64,000 bases of DNA from Macrostomum lignano (lineage: Eukaryota), in contig NIVC01000059.1 of NCBI GenBank assembly GCA_002269645.1, forward strand, positions 1,054,001 to 1,118,000. Reading direction: 5' to 3'. Of this stretch, positions 21,463-33,100 are shown in pieces. The notes below the pieces were generated by a model, which was not told where the DNA came from, ran no database searches, and saw only the letters and a list, made by a program, of their open reading frames with translations. The first letter of the stretch is position 1. Each line of letters begins with the position of its first letter. The position numbers and the translations under genes are program-made.

Positions 21463-23226
21463 TCAGAAGTTTTCAAATCGAACCGATCGACTATTTGCCT
21501 GCGGCAGAATGTGCAGCACAATGAGCACGCTCAGCACTGTGCTCAACAGGTAGAACTCGAACAAAAACCTGTCAATCACCTCGGATAAGTAGGTCCACTT
21601 CTGCTGCTCGCATTTGTTCCGCTGCTCTCGCCTGTTGCACACCGTTGCCGCCGACGCCGACTCCGGCTCGTTGATCGCATCGGTCTCGGAGACTTCCAAG
21701 TCATCATCGGAGTCGCTGCTGCTGCTGCCATCCATCGGTGTCGTCAGGGGAGTCTTCTTGCTGGCGTCGTCAATATTCTTCTTCTTCTTCTTCAGTCCTT
21801 TTCTCGCCTCGCGGCGTGGACGCTCTGCCGCCGTTCGGCAAAGCTTTCAACCTTACTGTTGTTTCGAGAGGTGCCTGGGTCGGTTAGGTCCAAGCCACTC
21901 TGTTGCGAGGAGGTTTGCCCATAGACCGCGGCTGTTACGCCGAGGCTACGGGCCTCTCTCCCCCCCCCGATTCTGCTTTGCCAACCGGGTTGCTCCGGTT
22001 GCCCGCTTGGCACCGCGTGTTGACGGCACGCTTCGTGGAGGTGCAGAATCTTGCCAAGCCAGATCTTGCCAAGCGTCGTCAATATCGGACTGTCCTTCGT
22101 TCCTTCGTCGTCGTTGAAGCCTCAGCGCTGGCGGACTCGGCTGAGCAGCCACGTTCGGGCGGCAGCTGAAGGTGAGGGGACCGAGCAGGCGGCTGCCCAG
22201 CAGCCACAGCCAAGCTGGGACGCGCGGACAAGGGTCGTGGTGGCCTCTGCCGTGCACGTGGAGAACCAGAGTAGCCAGGATGAGCGACAGCGAGTTCAAC
22301 GTCATCACCATGTTGAGGAAGATGCCAATCAACGGTGTGGAGTTCGATTCGGGCGTGTTTTCGGCGATCAACAGCTCGAGGAAGTAGAGAAACAAGAAGA
22401 CGTTCAGGCCGATTTCAACTTTCTCGGCAATGTGACACGGCAGCCAGAAGCTGAACATGGTGAGGACGCACAGCATGATGCTGGGAGCGATGACCGTGTA
22501 TGAATAATACAGAGCCTTGCGCTGGATGTGCAGCTTGAGCGACAGCACCGGATAAGTCAAATTGTTGAGCATCTCTCGACGACTTCGGCTGATTTTTATG
22601 CCGGCGAGTTTCAGTTCCTGGTGCTCCTGCAGCTGGGAGATGTCCACTCCGCTCTGGCCGTCTGGCAGGCTCAACTCCAACTGCGACGCGTCGTAAGTCC
22701 ACGAGGCGAACAGCACCTCGCAGAACTGATGATCGAATGGAAAGTACAGCACGTCAACGCTGCAGGAGCTGCGAACTGTGGTCGGGATGGTCCAGAGCAC
22801 CCGGCCGGAGTGGTGCACGCTCACCCGACTGTTGTTGTCGTGCACGAAGCCCTCGTTGCCATCCGCGGCGTTGTTGTAAACGTAGATGTCGGGCAGCCAG
22901 ATGCTGGTGGCTGGCAGCACGGTGTCCCGAATTCCTGCAAAGTCAGCCGGCCGCCAGACCAGACGCTCGTCAACCCAGGACTCCATGACAACGGCATTTA
23001 AATGCAGGATCTGATTCTTCTCGTCCAGATCCATCAGGCGGCTGAGCTGTACACTGAAGGTGACGCCTAGGACGGCGCTGGCAGACAGCACTGGCCGGGT
23101 GTTGGCATCGTATTCAAGCATCAGACTGCGGTGCAGCCGGTCCTGTGGTGGCTCCAAAGCAGCAACAACCAGCGTGAGCTCCACTAGAAGCAACAATAGT
23201 AGCAACGCCAAGCAGTTGAGCAGCAT
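21463..23226 (-). CDS. Nicotinic acetylcholine receptor-family Cys-loop channel subunit, non-alpha type (no vicinal Cys); M3-M4 loop interrupted by stops
   Basis: Signal peptide; YDANTRPV; WLPDIYVYNNAD; Cys-loop CSVDVLYFPFDHQFC; FASWTYD; M1-M3 within ORF 21946-23226. M4 (KWTYLSEVIDRFLFEFY) lies in the same frame at 21463-21735, behind three in-frame stops. Confidence 0.88.
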
Positions 23227-24089
23227 TTTTGTTTCAATGCGAGAGGCCTTGGCAACAAGCAGAGCTTCAGCTTCAGCTTTTATTTATCGTCTACCGAAGA
23301 TCGAAACCAACGACGCGAGAGCGGCCGGCAATCAAATTTACAGCCTCGGGGAGGGAGCTGTGGACGGTCGAGACCGGACTGGTTTAGGGGAGAGCCGACT
23401 TTTATGAGGGGGGAAGAGGGAAGAGAATTGAAGACCACGAGTATAGCTACGCTAGAGCTGGGTAAGTGGCAGGGAGAGAGAGAGCGCGAGGACTGGTTTG
23501 GGGGGGGGCAACACTGCGATGCCGGGCAAGAAAACAAGGTAAAGGGTTCTTCTGGGCTGAGGGAGAGGAGGGTTGATTGACGTGTTTTGCTTTCCTGACC
23601 GCTACTGCTGCTGCTGCTGAAGAACTGAAGAAGGCTTCCTTCTGCCTCTTTTACTTCTTCAATTCTGGTTAAAAGGCGCAGCGGAGAAGACGTTGCTCCC
23701 CCCCCCCACGATGGAGGTTAACGAACAGAAATCGAAAAGTGCAAAATTGTGTTTATTGCTCTGAATGCCAGATGCTGGCGGCTCGAATCGATCACTTCAG
23801 TTAAATTCGGGCGCGCTTGAGCCTTTGGTGGCTCAGTAGAAATGCTTCAAGTGGCCATCAGTGCAGTGTAAAGTCCTCTGGTCTCTATCGTTTGAGAGGA
23901 GGCCTTAGAAAGCTATTGAGTTTAAAGGCTTGGCCTAGGTCAGTTTATATACACCGAGGCGGGCAGGCTTACTAACATTACTTTGCTATACATGCTAGCT
24001 CGTAGGCTGCAGTAGGCTAAGGCTTTAGGTACACTATCGGATTACCTGCTGAGCTGTCGTGCCATACGAGTATTGAACGAATACGACAT

Positions 24090-25380
24090 AGAGAGAGAGA
24101 GAGAGAGTCATAGAGACAAGGGGAGAGTCATAGAGAGGGAGTCATAGAGAGGGGTGTTGCGGAAAAGCGATCTCAGTGTACTTCTTTACTATACGTTCAT
24201 CCATAACTTGGTATTGATCAGTTCGCCCTCTCTCCCTCTCAAAATGTACGAATGTACGTTGCTGAGTTAGCCCACCTCTATGTGTACATTTAACTTTCAA
24301 CTTAGCTACTCATACAAATATAAGTGCGCGCGGTCGGTGGCTTGGAGTGAAGTCACGTTTTTGTTTTCTTCGCATATCCTAAAGTTTGCAAACCACGAGT
24401 GATTCAGCAAATTCTCTACAGGGGGGAGAGTCATAGAGAGGGGAGAGTCATAGAGAGGGGAGAGTCATAGAGAGGGGAGAGTCATAGAGAGGGGAGAGTC
24501 ATAGAGAGGGGAGAGTCATAGAGAGGGGAGAGTCATAGAAAGAGGGAGAGTCATAGAGAGGGGAGAGTCATAGAGAGGGGAGAGTCATAGAGAGGGGGAG
24601 AGTCATAGAGAGGGGAGAGTCATAGAGAGCGGGAGAGTCATAGAGAGGGGGAGAGTCATAGAGAGGGGGAGAGTTATAGAAAGGGGGTGAGTCATAGAGA
24701 GGGGGAGAGTCATAGAGAGGGGGAGAGTCATAGAGAGGGGGAGAGTCATAGAGGGGGGGAGAGTTATAGAGAGGGGGAGAGTCATAGAGAGCGGGAGAGT
24801 CATAGAGAGGGGAGAGTCATAGAGAGGGGAGAGTCATAGAGAGGGGAGAGTCATAGAGAGGGGGAGAGTCATAGAGAGGGGAGAGTCATAGAGAGGGGGA
24901 GAGTCATAGAGAGGGGAGAGTCATAGAGAGGGGAGAGTCATAGAGAGGGAGAGTCATAGAGAGGGGGAGAGTCATAGAGAGGGGAGAGTCATAGAGAGGG
25001 GAGAGTCATAGAGAGGGGAGAGTCATAGAGAGGGGAGAGTCATAGAGAGGGGAGAGTCATAGAGAGGGGAGAGTCATAGAGAGGGGAGAGTCATAGAGAG
25101 GGGAGAGTCATAGAGAGGGGAGAGTCATAGAGAGGGGAGAGTCATAGAGAGGGGAGAGTCATAGAGAGGGGAGAGTCATAGAGAGGGGAGAGTCATAGAG
25201 AGGGGAGAGTCATAGAGAGGGGAGAGTCATAGAGAGGGGAGAGTCATAGAGAGGGGAGAGTCATAGAGAGGGGGAGAGTCATAGAGAGGGGAGAGTCATA
25301 GAGAGGGGGAGAGTCATAGAGAGGGGGAGAGTCATAGAGAGAGGGAGAGTCATAGAGAGGGGGAGAGTCATAGAGAGGGA
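24090..25380. repeat. Purine-rich 17-19-bp minisatellite GAGAGTCATAGAGAG(G)n
   Basis: Dozens of directly visible copies varying in G-run length; interrupted at 24155-24420. Confidence 0.95.
24155..24420. mobile_element. 266-bp solo LTR inserted in the GA-rich minisatellite
   Basis: Unique sequence with TGT...ACA ends, flanked by GGGG on both sides (TSD length ambiguous in the G-run). Internal ATATAAGTGCGCGCGGT motif. Confidence 0.65.
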
Positions 25381-26479
25381 TAAAAAGCTACTCAACTAAA
25401 CTCAACTCAATCCCTTCTCAAGGGATTTCAACCTGATTATTCATCTGAAACTTTGCTGATTAAATTAAATAGGAATAAAATGAAAAATACTGTCTGCAAA
25501 TTCACGCAGACCTTCAATCGTGAATCAAGAGCTTTCTATGAAATTCTCCCTGCATGTACTTCTCCTCCGGACGCATACAGTTTCTTAGAAGCTCTCGAAA
25601 TGATGAATTAAGCAGTTGATTCTGCACTCAACAGCCCTGCACAGTAACAGGTTAGCCAAGCACTGACGAACGGGGGTTGATAAAGAAAACTTGCATAGCG
25701 TATCATTTTATACTCAAAGCTATATGCTGATTTATTGAGTTTACCAAGCTCACATAAAAATAGTCCACTCATGTTTGCTATGCCCTAAGGAAAGTAAAAT
25801 ATTATTGAATTCTATTTTATGATATATTTCTATTGAGTATGTGGTAGTAGATGTGGGCAGTCTATATTTTATCTAGTGTATCAGAAGTGACTCGAATCTT
25901 CACAGTTAAAGTTGTTTAACAAAAGTCTTTTTAATTCGGGGTCAGCTAAGGTCAGCTGGGTGTTACAGGAGTATCCAAATATGGGTGGAAATTTACAGCA
26001 AAACATTTAACACACACACAATAAAGCATGCGAGATCCGAACAGTATAGTGAAATGAGGGTTGTAAAAAATATGAAATATCCACTGCAATACTGCTGTTG
26101 CATTTATCATGCAAAGCTAGAAAGCGGATACAAAGTTGAAATCCTGCGAACTACAGAATACTCGCAGATTGGGCCATAGACTAAGTTTGCTAAGTTTTGC
26201 ACTCAGTCGAGTTTCTCAGTGAGAAATTTACGAGTTGCTATGGCCCACTTATCTTGGTTCAGCTTTAAATGTCCGTGACTAAAGCCATACAAGAATAACT
26301 TATACATATCACTCACAGTAGCAAAAAGAGCGTTTTTGGCCTTTATAATGATAAAATTTATTTAAGTTACAAGCAGACCAGGCCGATAAACAGTTTGGCT
26401 TTTCTCTTGCCCGCTTGTTGTGGTCTGACTTTGACCTCTTCCTTTACTCTCATTTCTCTCATTTTACTTACTCTCCTTT

Positions 26480-26700
26480 ACTCTCATTTGGCTGGGTTGG
26501 ATTGGGCCTGCCCCCTAGGCGGAGTTTCGTCCGTCTGACTTCGCCCTCTCTCCTTACTGGTCTCTCATTGGCTGGGCTAGATTGGGCCTTGCCCCTAGGC
26601 TGAGTCTCGTCCGTCTGACTCTGACTTCTCTCCTTAACTGCTCTCTCATTGGCTGGGCTAGATTGGGCCTTGCGTAGGCTGAGGTTCGTCCCTCTTGCGT
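26480..26700. repeat. About 3 degenerate copies of an ~80-bp unit
   Basis: CTCTCATTGGCTGGGCTAGATTGGGCCTTGC at about 26563 and 26643, with a looser copy at about 26481. Confidence 0.7.
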
Positions 26701-27189
26701 TCACTTGTGCACATCGAGTCAAATACTTATTGTTCATTCTCAACCCCATATGCCCCAGAGGCCGCAAAATCCAAAGGAAAGAAAATTTCAGCTGCCACAT
26801 TAGATTTAAGGGACACTAAGCAGACAAACTACTGAAAAAGAGTAGACACTCTACTTTTTCACAACTATCATCGCGTGTTGACATACCCAGTTATTCTAGT
26901 ATCGGTGGTTAGTAGTATGTTTTGATAATTAGCAAGTTTACTGGCGAAAAAACAGATTTCATGGCGGGTAAGGCGGAGCCGCCGGTGAGGAGATGGCGAA
27001 GGAGGGCTGGACACGAATCAGAGAGATCTAAGAATTAATGAAATTTATTGTTTTGTATACGCTTTAATCATGTGTGGACAAAGCAAAGGGGAGAGACTAA
27101 ACAAGTTTCGAAAGGCTATAATTGTTAGTTTCTAAGGTTTTCATTGGGCTAAATTAATTAGGTCAGCATAAATTAGGAGTTAAAAAAAT

Positions 27190-30100
27190 TCACTCAGTCG
27201 CTGTTAGCTCCAGAATGTCTTCGATCAAGAATTCAGCTTGGGCTTCAACGTCCAGGGCATCGGATTGGTCTTCGGTTGATTCCTGCTGCTTCTGTTCCGG
27301 TGCATCTTCGTGATTCTGATTCGCTTCATTTTTTACAGCTTCCGCTTCCGGTTCAGCAGGTTTCACTTCCTGTTCAGCTGGTTTCGCTTCCGGTTCAGCT
27401 GGTTTCGCTTCCGGTTCAGCTGGTTTCGCTTCCGGTTCAGCTGGTTTCGATTCCGGTTCGGCTGGTTTCGCTTCCGATTCAACAGGTTTCATTTCCGATT
27501 CGGCTGTTTTCGCTTCCGGTTCAGCTGGTTTAGCTTCCGGTTCAGCTGGTTTAGCTTCCGGTTCAGCTGGTTTCGTTTCCGGTTCAGCTGGTTTCGTTTC
27601 CGGTTCAGCTGGTTTCACTTCCGGTTCAGCTGGTTTCGCTTCTGGTTCAGCTGGTTCCGCTTCCGGTTCAGCAGGTTTCGCTTCCGGTTCAGCAGGTTTC
27701 GCTTCCGGTTCCGCTGGCTTGATTTCTGGTTTCGCTGATTTTTCTTGCAGCTCCGCTGGTTTAGCTTCGGGTTCCGCTGGCTTGACTTCAGGTTCCGCCT
27801 TCTTGAATTCCTGTTCTGTCGCCACTGGCGGAGGTGGCGGCGCTTGTGGTTCAAGTGGCGGCACCTGTAGCTGAGGTGGCTGCACCTGCACCTGAGGTGG
27901 CTGCACCTGCACCTGTGGTGGCTGCACCTGCACCTGTGGTGGCTGCACCTGCACCTGTGGTGGCTGCACCTGCAGCTGAGGTGGCTGCACCTGCACCTGA
28001 GGTGGCTGCACCTGCACCTGAGGTGGCTGCACCTGCACCTGAGGTGGCTGCACCTGCACTTGAGGTGGCTGCACCTGCACTTGAGGTGGCTGCACCTGCA
28101 CCTGAGGTGGCTGCACCTGCACTTGAGGTGGCTGCACCTGCACCTGAGGTGGCTGCACCTGGGGCTGTGACGCCTGCACTTGTGGTGGCGGTTGAGACTG
28201 CGCCACGCGCATCTGTTTTCCAGCGTCTTCGGACACTATTTGCTGGTGCATCGCTACCTGCATCTGCTGAGGCTGAGGTTGCGATTTCTGCTGCTGCTGC
28301 AGCTGCTTGATAGGGGATTCTTGCTTTGGGACAACTTGCTGATTCTGAGCAGGCAGCTGCTGTGACGGTTGCACATGCTGTTCCTGTGGACGAACCTGCT
28401 GTTGTTGAGGATGCATTTGTTGCTTCTGAGGACGAATCTGCTGTTGCTGCTGAGGCTGCATCTGCTGTTGCTGAGGGCGAATCTGCTGTTGCTGCTGAGG
28501 CTGCATTTGCTGTTGCTGTTGCTGAGGCTGCATCTGCTGTTGCTGCTGAGGCTGCATTTGCTGTTGCTGTTGCTGAGGCTGCATCTGCTGTTGCTGCTGA
28601 GGACGAACCTGCTGTTGCTGCTGAGGCTGCATTTGCTGTTGCTGAGGACGAACCTGCTGTTGCTGCTGAGGCTGCATTTGCTGTTGCTGAGGACGAACCT
28701 GCTGTTGCTGCTGAGGCTGCATTTGCTGTTGCTGAGGACGAACCTGCTGTTGCTGCTGAGGCTGCATTTGCTGTTGCTGAGGACGAACCTGCTGTTGCTG
28801 CTGAGGCTGCATCTGCTGTTGCTGCTGAGGCTGCATTTGCTGTTGCTGGGGACGAACCTGCTGTTGCTGCATCTGTTGCTGCTGAGGTTGCATCTGCTGT
28901 TGCTGAGGCTGCATCTGCTGTTGCTGCTGAGGCTGCATTTGCTGTTGCTGGGGACGAACCTGCTGTTGCTGCATCTGTTGCTGCTGAGGTTGCATCTGCT
29001 GTTGCTGCTGAGGCTGCATTTGCTGTTGCTGGGGACGAACCTGCTGTTGCTGCATCTGTTGCTGCTGAGGTTGCATCTGCTGTTGCTGAGGCTGCATCTG
29101 CTGTTGCTGCTGAGGCTGCATCTGCTGTTGCTGCTGAAAACGAATCTGCTGCTGCTGTTGAGGATGTATCTGTTGTTGCTGAGAATGCATCTGCTGTTGC
29201 TGAGGATGCATCTGCTGTTGCTGAGGCTGCATCTGCTGTTGCTGAGGATGTATCTGTTGTTGCTGAGGATGCATCTGCTGTTGCGGACGAATCTGCTGCT
29301 GCTGCTGAGGATGCAGCTGCTGAGCAGGAACCGGCGGCTGTTGAGGATATATCTGCTTCTGTTGCATCTGCTGCTGCTGAGGCCAAATCTGCTGTTGAGG
29401 GGACATCGGCTGCTGCTGAAGCTGTTGCTGAGGCTGCTGCTGAAGCTGTTGCTGAGGCTGCTGCTGAAGCTGTTGTTGAGGCTGCGGAACCTGATTCTGC
29501 TGAGGTCGCCCGTGCTGCTGAGATTCCAGCATTCCTGCGTAATGCCCTCCTCGCAGGTTGGCCTGCACGTTGGTGTACATCAGCTCCGCTTGCTCAACCT
29601 CGGGATCGCGGAACAGCCTCGCCTTCAGATCGGACTCTGTGAAATGAAGTCGTCAGTAGTTGAACGCCAGCATCTGCGATTAAAAGATAAAAAGATGAAA
29701 CATTTTCGTACCCCGTTCAACGCGCAGAATGTCGGTCACTGACGGCTTCGGTCTATTGATTTTGCTCTCCAGTTCCTCCGATCGTTCCACCTTGCGCAGC
29801 TCCAACAGTCGCTTGAAATTGGACGCCTCTGTTAACAGAAAAACGAGGTTCTTTGCACTTTTTTTGCAATTTGAGAGACGAACAAACAGATTTTGAAACA
29901 GTATGATGACAAGCACACCTGCTTTTGTACAAGGTCTAAATCTCCTGTGAATGAATATCTTGCCAAAGTAAACCTGGGTCGGATTCCGTTAGAGCTTGTC
30001 ATGCCATTCACAGTCACTGGAGGGCCATAACCCCAAGTGGTAATGTCAGGGCCGTTGTACACACCCATGATGTGAGACAAACTAACTCACTCAGTAGACA

Positions 30101-33100
30101 CTCATTTTCATGCATTTCAGGACAGAGACTGAACAATATGATCCGAGCAACATCTCCCTGCAAGGCTGCTCACCCGGTTCCACGTGCTTCAGCTCAGGCC
30201 TGAAGTCTTCAACGGGCATGACAGTCAGAGTGGCTTCGGCAAAGATCTGGCCGAGAGGGTTGCGAGCGAGCACGCGCAACCGAGTGTCGCCGATGTCCTT
30301 GCAGCGCAGGATCTCAAAGTAGTTGATCGAGCCATCGTGGTACACCTTGCAGTTCGAAGTCTGGAAGTTATTAAAATATTCGTTTGCGAGTGACTGTGAA
30401 AAACAAACGAAAAATGGTAAAATCTGGTAGATTTTTGCGCTTGAAAAGCAGCAACATAAGCAGTGCACAGTCACTTCAATTAAACAATAATTTTTGCGCC
30501 TGTTCTTACAGTAAATTCGATACTTTTTACATTTACAACATTAAGTACTATAAACGAAATTCAATTTGGGTAAGCAACTCTCACGCTGAAGCACACGACT
30601 ATTGGGGTTCTACAATTCATAACTGTGATAATATATAGTACGAAAATACAATAAAGTCACCACTTAGCATAGCGTTTTTCGCAGCTGATGAGGCAGGATG
30701 CATAATTAAAAACTAAATTTGTTTAAACGTTTCTTCCGTCGAACGCCTCTATTGAAGCTGAAGCGCGATTTTTTTACAAAGCCGTGCGTTCCTTTTGCCG
30801 CTGCGACGCAAAAATCAATAGTTTATACTGACTACTAGCAGTAGATTACTCGAATGTGCACACTAATGCAATATAAGCAGCCTTACATCGCTTGTGTCAA
30901 TGTTATTGTTGACACTTTCAGTTTCATTAACCTCGTCCGAGTCCTGTTAGGAAAAGTGGAGCTTGACAAGTTGGAAATGTATTGTGCAAGTTTATATCAA
31001 AAATTTTGTTATTCACACGAGGTAAAATTTAAAAGCAAAGGGAAACAGAAAAAGAATTAACACGACTGTGAAATCAAATTGAGCTGATGGACTTCATCAA
31101 CTGCACAACCGATTTCAGTGACATCAAAATTGAGACAGTTTCTATAACGTCAAGACAATTGCATCAAAATCAAGACAGTTGCACCAACGTCACGACAGTT
31201 GCACCAATGTCAAGACAGTTGCACCAACATCACGACAGTTGCACCAATGTCAAGACAGTTGCACCAACATCAAGAAATTTGCACCAACATCAAGACCACT
31301 ACAACTTTAATCGAGCTATAAGTAACTTCTTAAATCCAATAGAATTGTGACTGCGTCTGTAAATTAAAGACAGACACGGTGCCACGTGTTGGACACCTTT
31401 GCAGTCAAGACAAGACACAAGATACATCGTTGTCTTTACGAAACTAATGGATTTGGCCTTCGAACAGTCGCGAGTACATAGTGAAAGATACAGCGGTGGC
31501 CATATTGTTTCAGATGCATCAAAGGTAAATAAGGCTGGTGATGCAGGTTGAGGTAATGGTACGGATTGTTGTTTGGTATTTCATAACGCGAACAATCATG
31601 CTGCATTACGAGCAAAAATACATATGTAGTTTCAACTAGAAGAGCAAGACACGGAAGTTTTTTTTTGTTTCTCAGGCGATGAGTACATGACAAGTATTAT
31701 CTATTCAACGGTACGATAAAATCCAAGGGCTTACGGAAGCAATCATCTGCTCGTTGAGATACCAGGCCACTCGAGGCCTTGGGAAACCACTGAGCTTCAC
31801 CAGAAACTTTGCCGGATAGCCTTCGCATACGGTTACGGACTCTGGCATGATGTCGAAGTGAGGCTGAGACTGCGGCTCAACAAATTCGCGGAATTGAAAC
31901 TCCTCGGGTCCGATCGGAGCCCTAGAAAGGTTACGGGTGTTTCATTTAAAGTGAATTTCGAGCGCGTTTGTACAGAATTTACAGATCTTTACGAGGGGAG
32001 AAAGTCTATGCCACAGAAGAACTTTTACAATCTAAATGACTCCTACGTATTTAGACGCCAACCGAAGGACGTCCAGCTAATTTTTGGACTGTAAATTAGC
32101 CGCTCAGAAACTGTAACTCACTCTCTCCACTGTCGCTCAAGATCCTCTAGCCGTTGAAAGCCCTGTGCACCTCCGGGTAACTGCGTTCGCGTCACCACCG
32201 ACTCGCTCGCGTGGCACAGTACGGCGACTCGGTTGCTTTCAACTGCGCCAGACCGATTGCGCACCACCGCCCAGTACTGGCCGGAGTCTTCAGCATAGCA
32301 GTGCCCGATCTGCAACCAGGCAAGGCCCCTCTCGCAGTCGGTGTGCACCCGCGAGCCCAGCGTCACTGCTTGGCCGTCCTTCAACCAGTCGACGCTCAGG
32401 TTACCGTCTTTGGCCGGCTCAATCTGCAGTTTTGTGTGTTTTGTAATTTTACCAATCTGTTTTTAGTAAAGAAAGTGAGTAAAATTTCTGTTTTTCTACT
32501 CACGACAGTAGTCTAAGACCACGTGATAAGATGCTAAAATAAAACTATCATTAGAAGAGATTCTACCATGGCTAAACGACAACCGGGCGCTATACGCTCA
32601 TTTTTCAACGCTTTGAAATCGTTATTCAAGGCTACTAAAAAGACGAACACATTAATGAGCCAATGCCTGCCTCCAAAACCACAGACAAAATCTATCATTA
32701 TTTTGTTTAGGCCCATAGACGATTTAGAACCATAGAACCATAGAAATCTTAAAACCATAGACAATACCATAGAACTATAGAACCATACCATAGCATAGAA
32801 CACAAAATACACTAGCGATACGACAGCTAGATATGCGTTCCTTACCGAATTTCTAAGAAAATCGAGTGTATTCCGTCCTTTTTGACACTGTCGCAAATCA
32901 AGGCGCAGAGGCAAGCAGTTTGGTCAATTACGCTGATACCTGAGAATTCTCACAGGTTGTATAGTGGGCCTAAACTTCTTATCATCAGGCATGTGTATAC
33001 TGTGCCTCTGTGGTCGGCCATCATGTGGTCTTACTGTACATGCGTAAGTCAGATGAAAAGCACGTCACCGCGCTCCAAATCGACCCCGGGAATTTCGCAC

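Noticed and set aside
27834-29742. Plus-strand Ala/Val- and Leu-rich ORFs
   Set aside because: Antisense shadows of the CAG-rich last exon of the Ig gene.
30680-30720. CTGATGAG hammerhead-ribozyme core
   Set aside because: No stem II followed by GAAA; other CTGA(T/C)GA sites inspected also lacked it.
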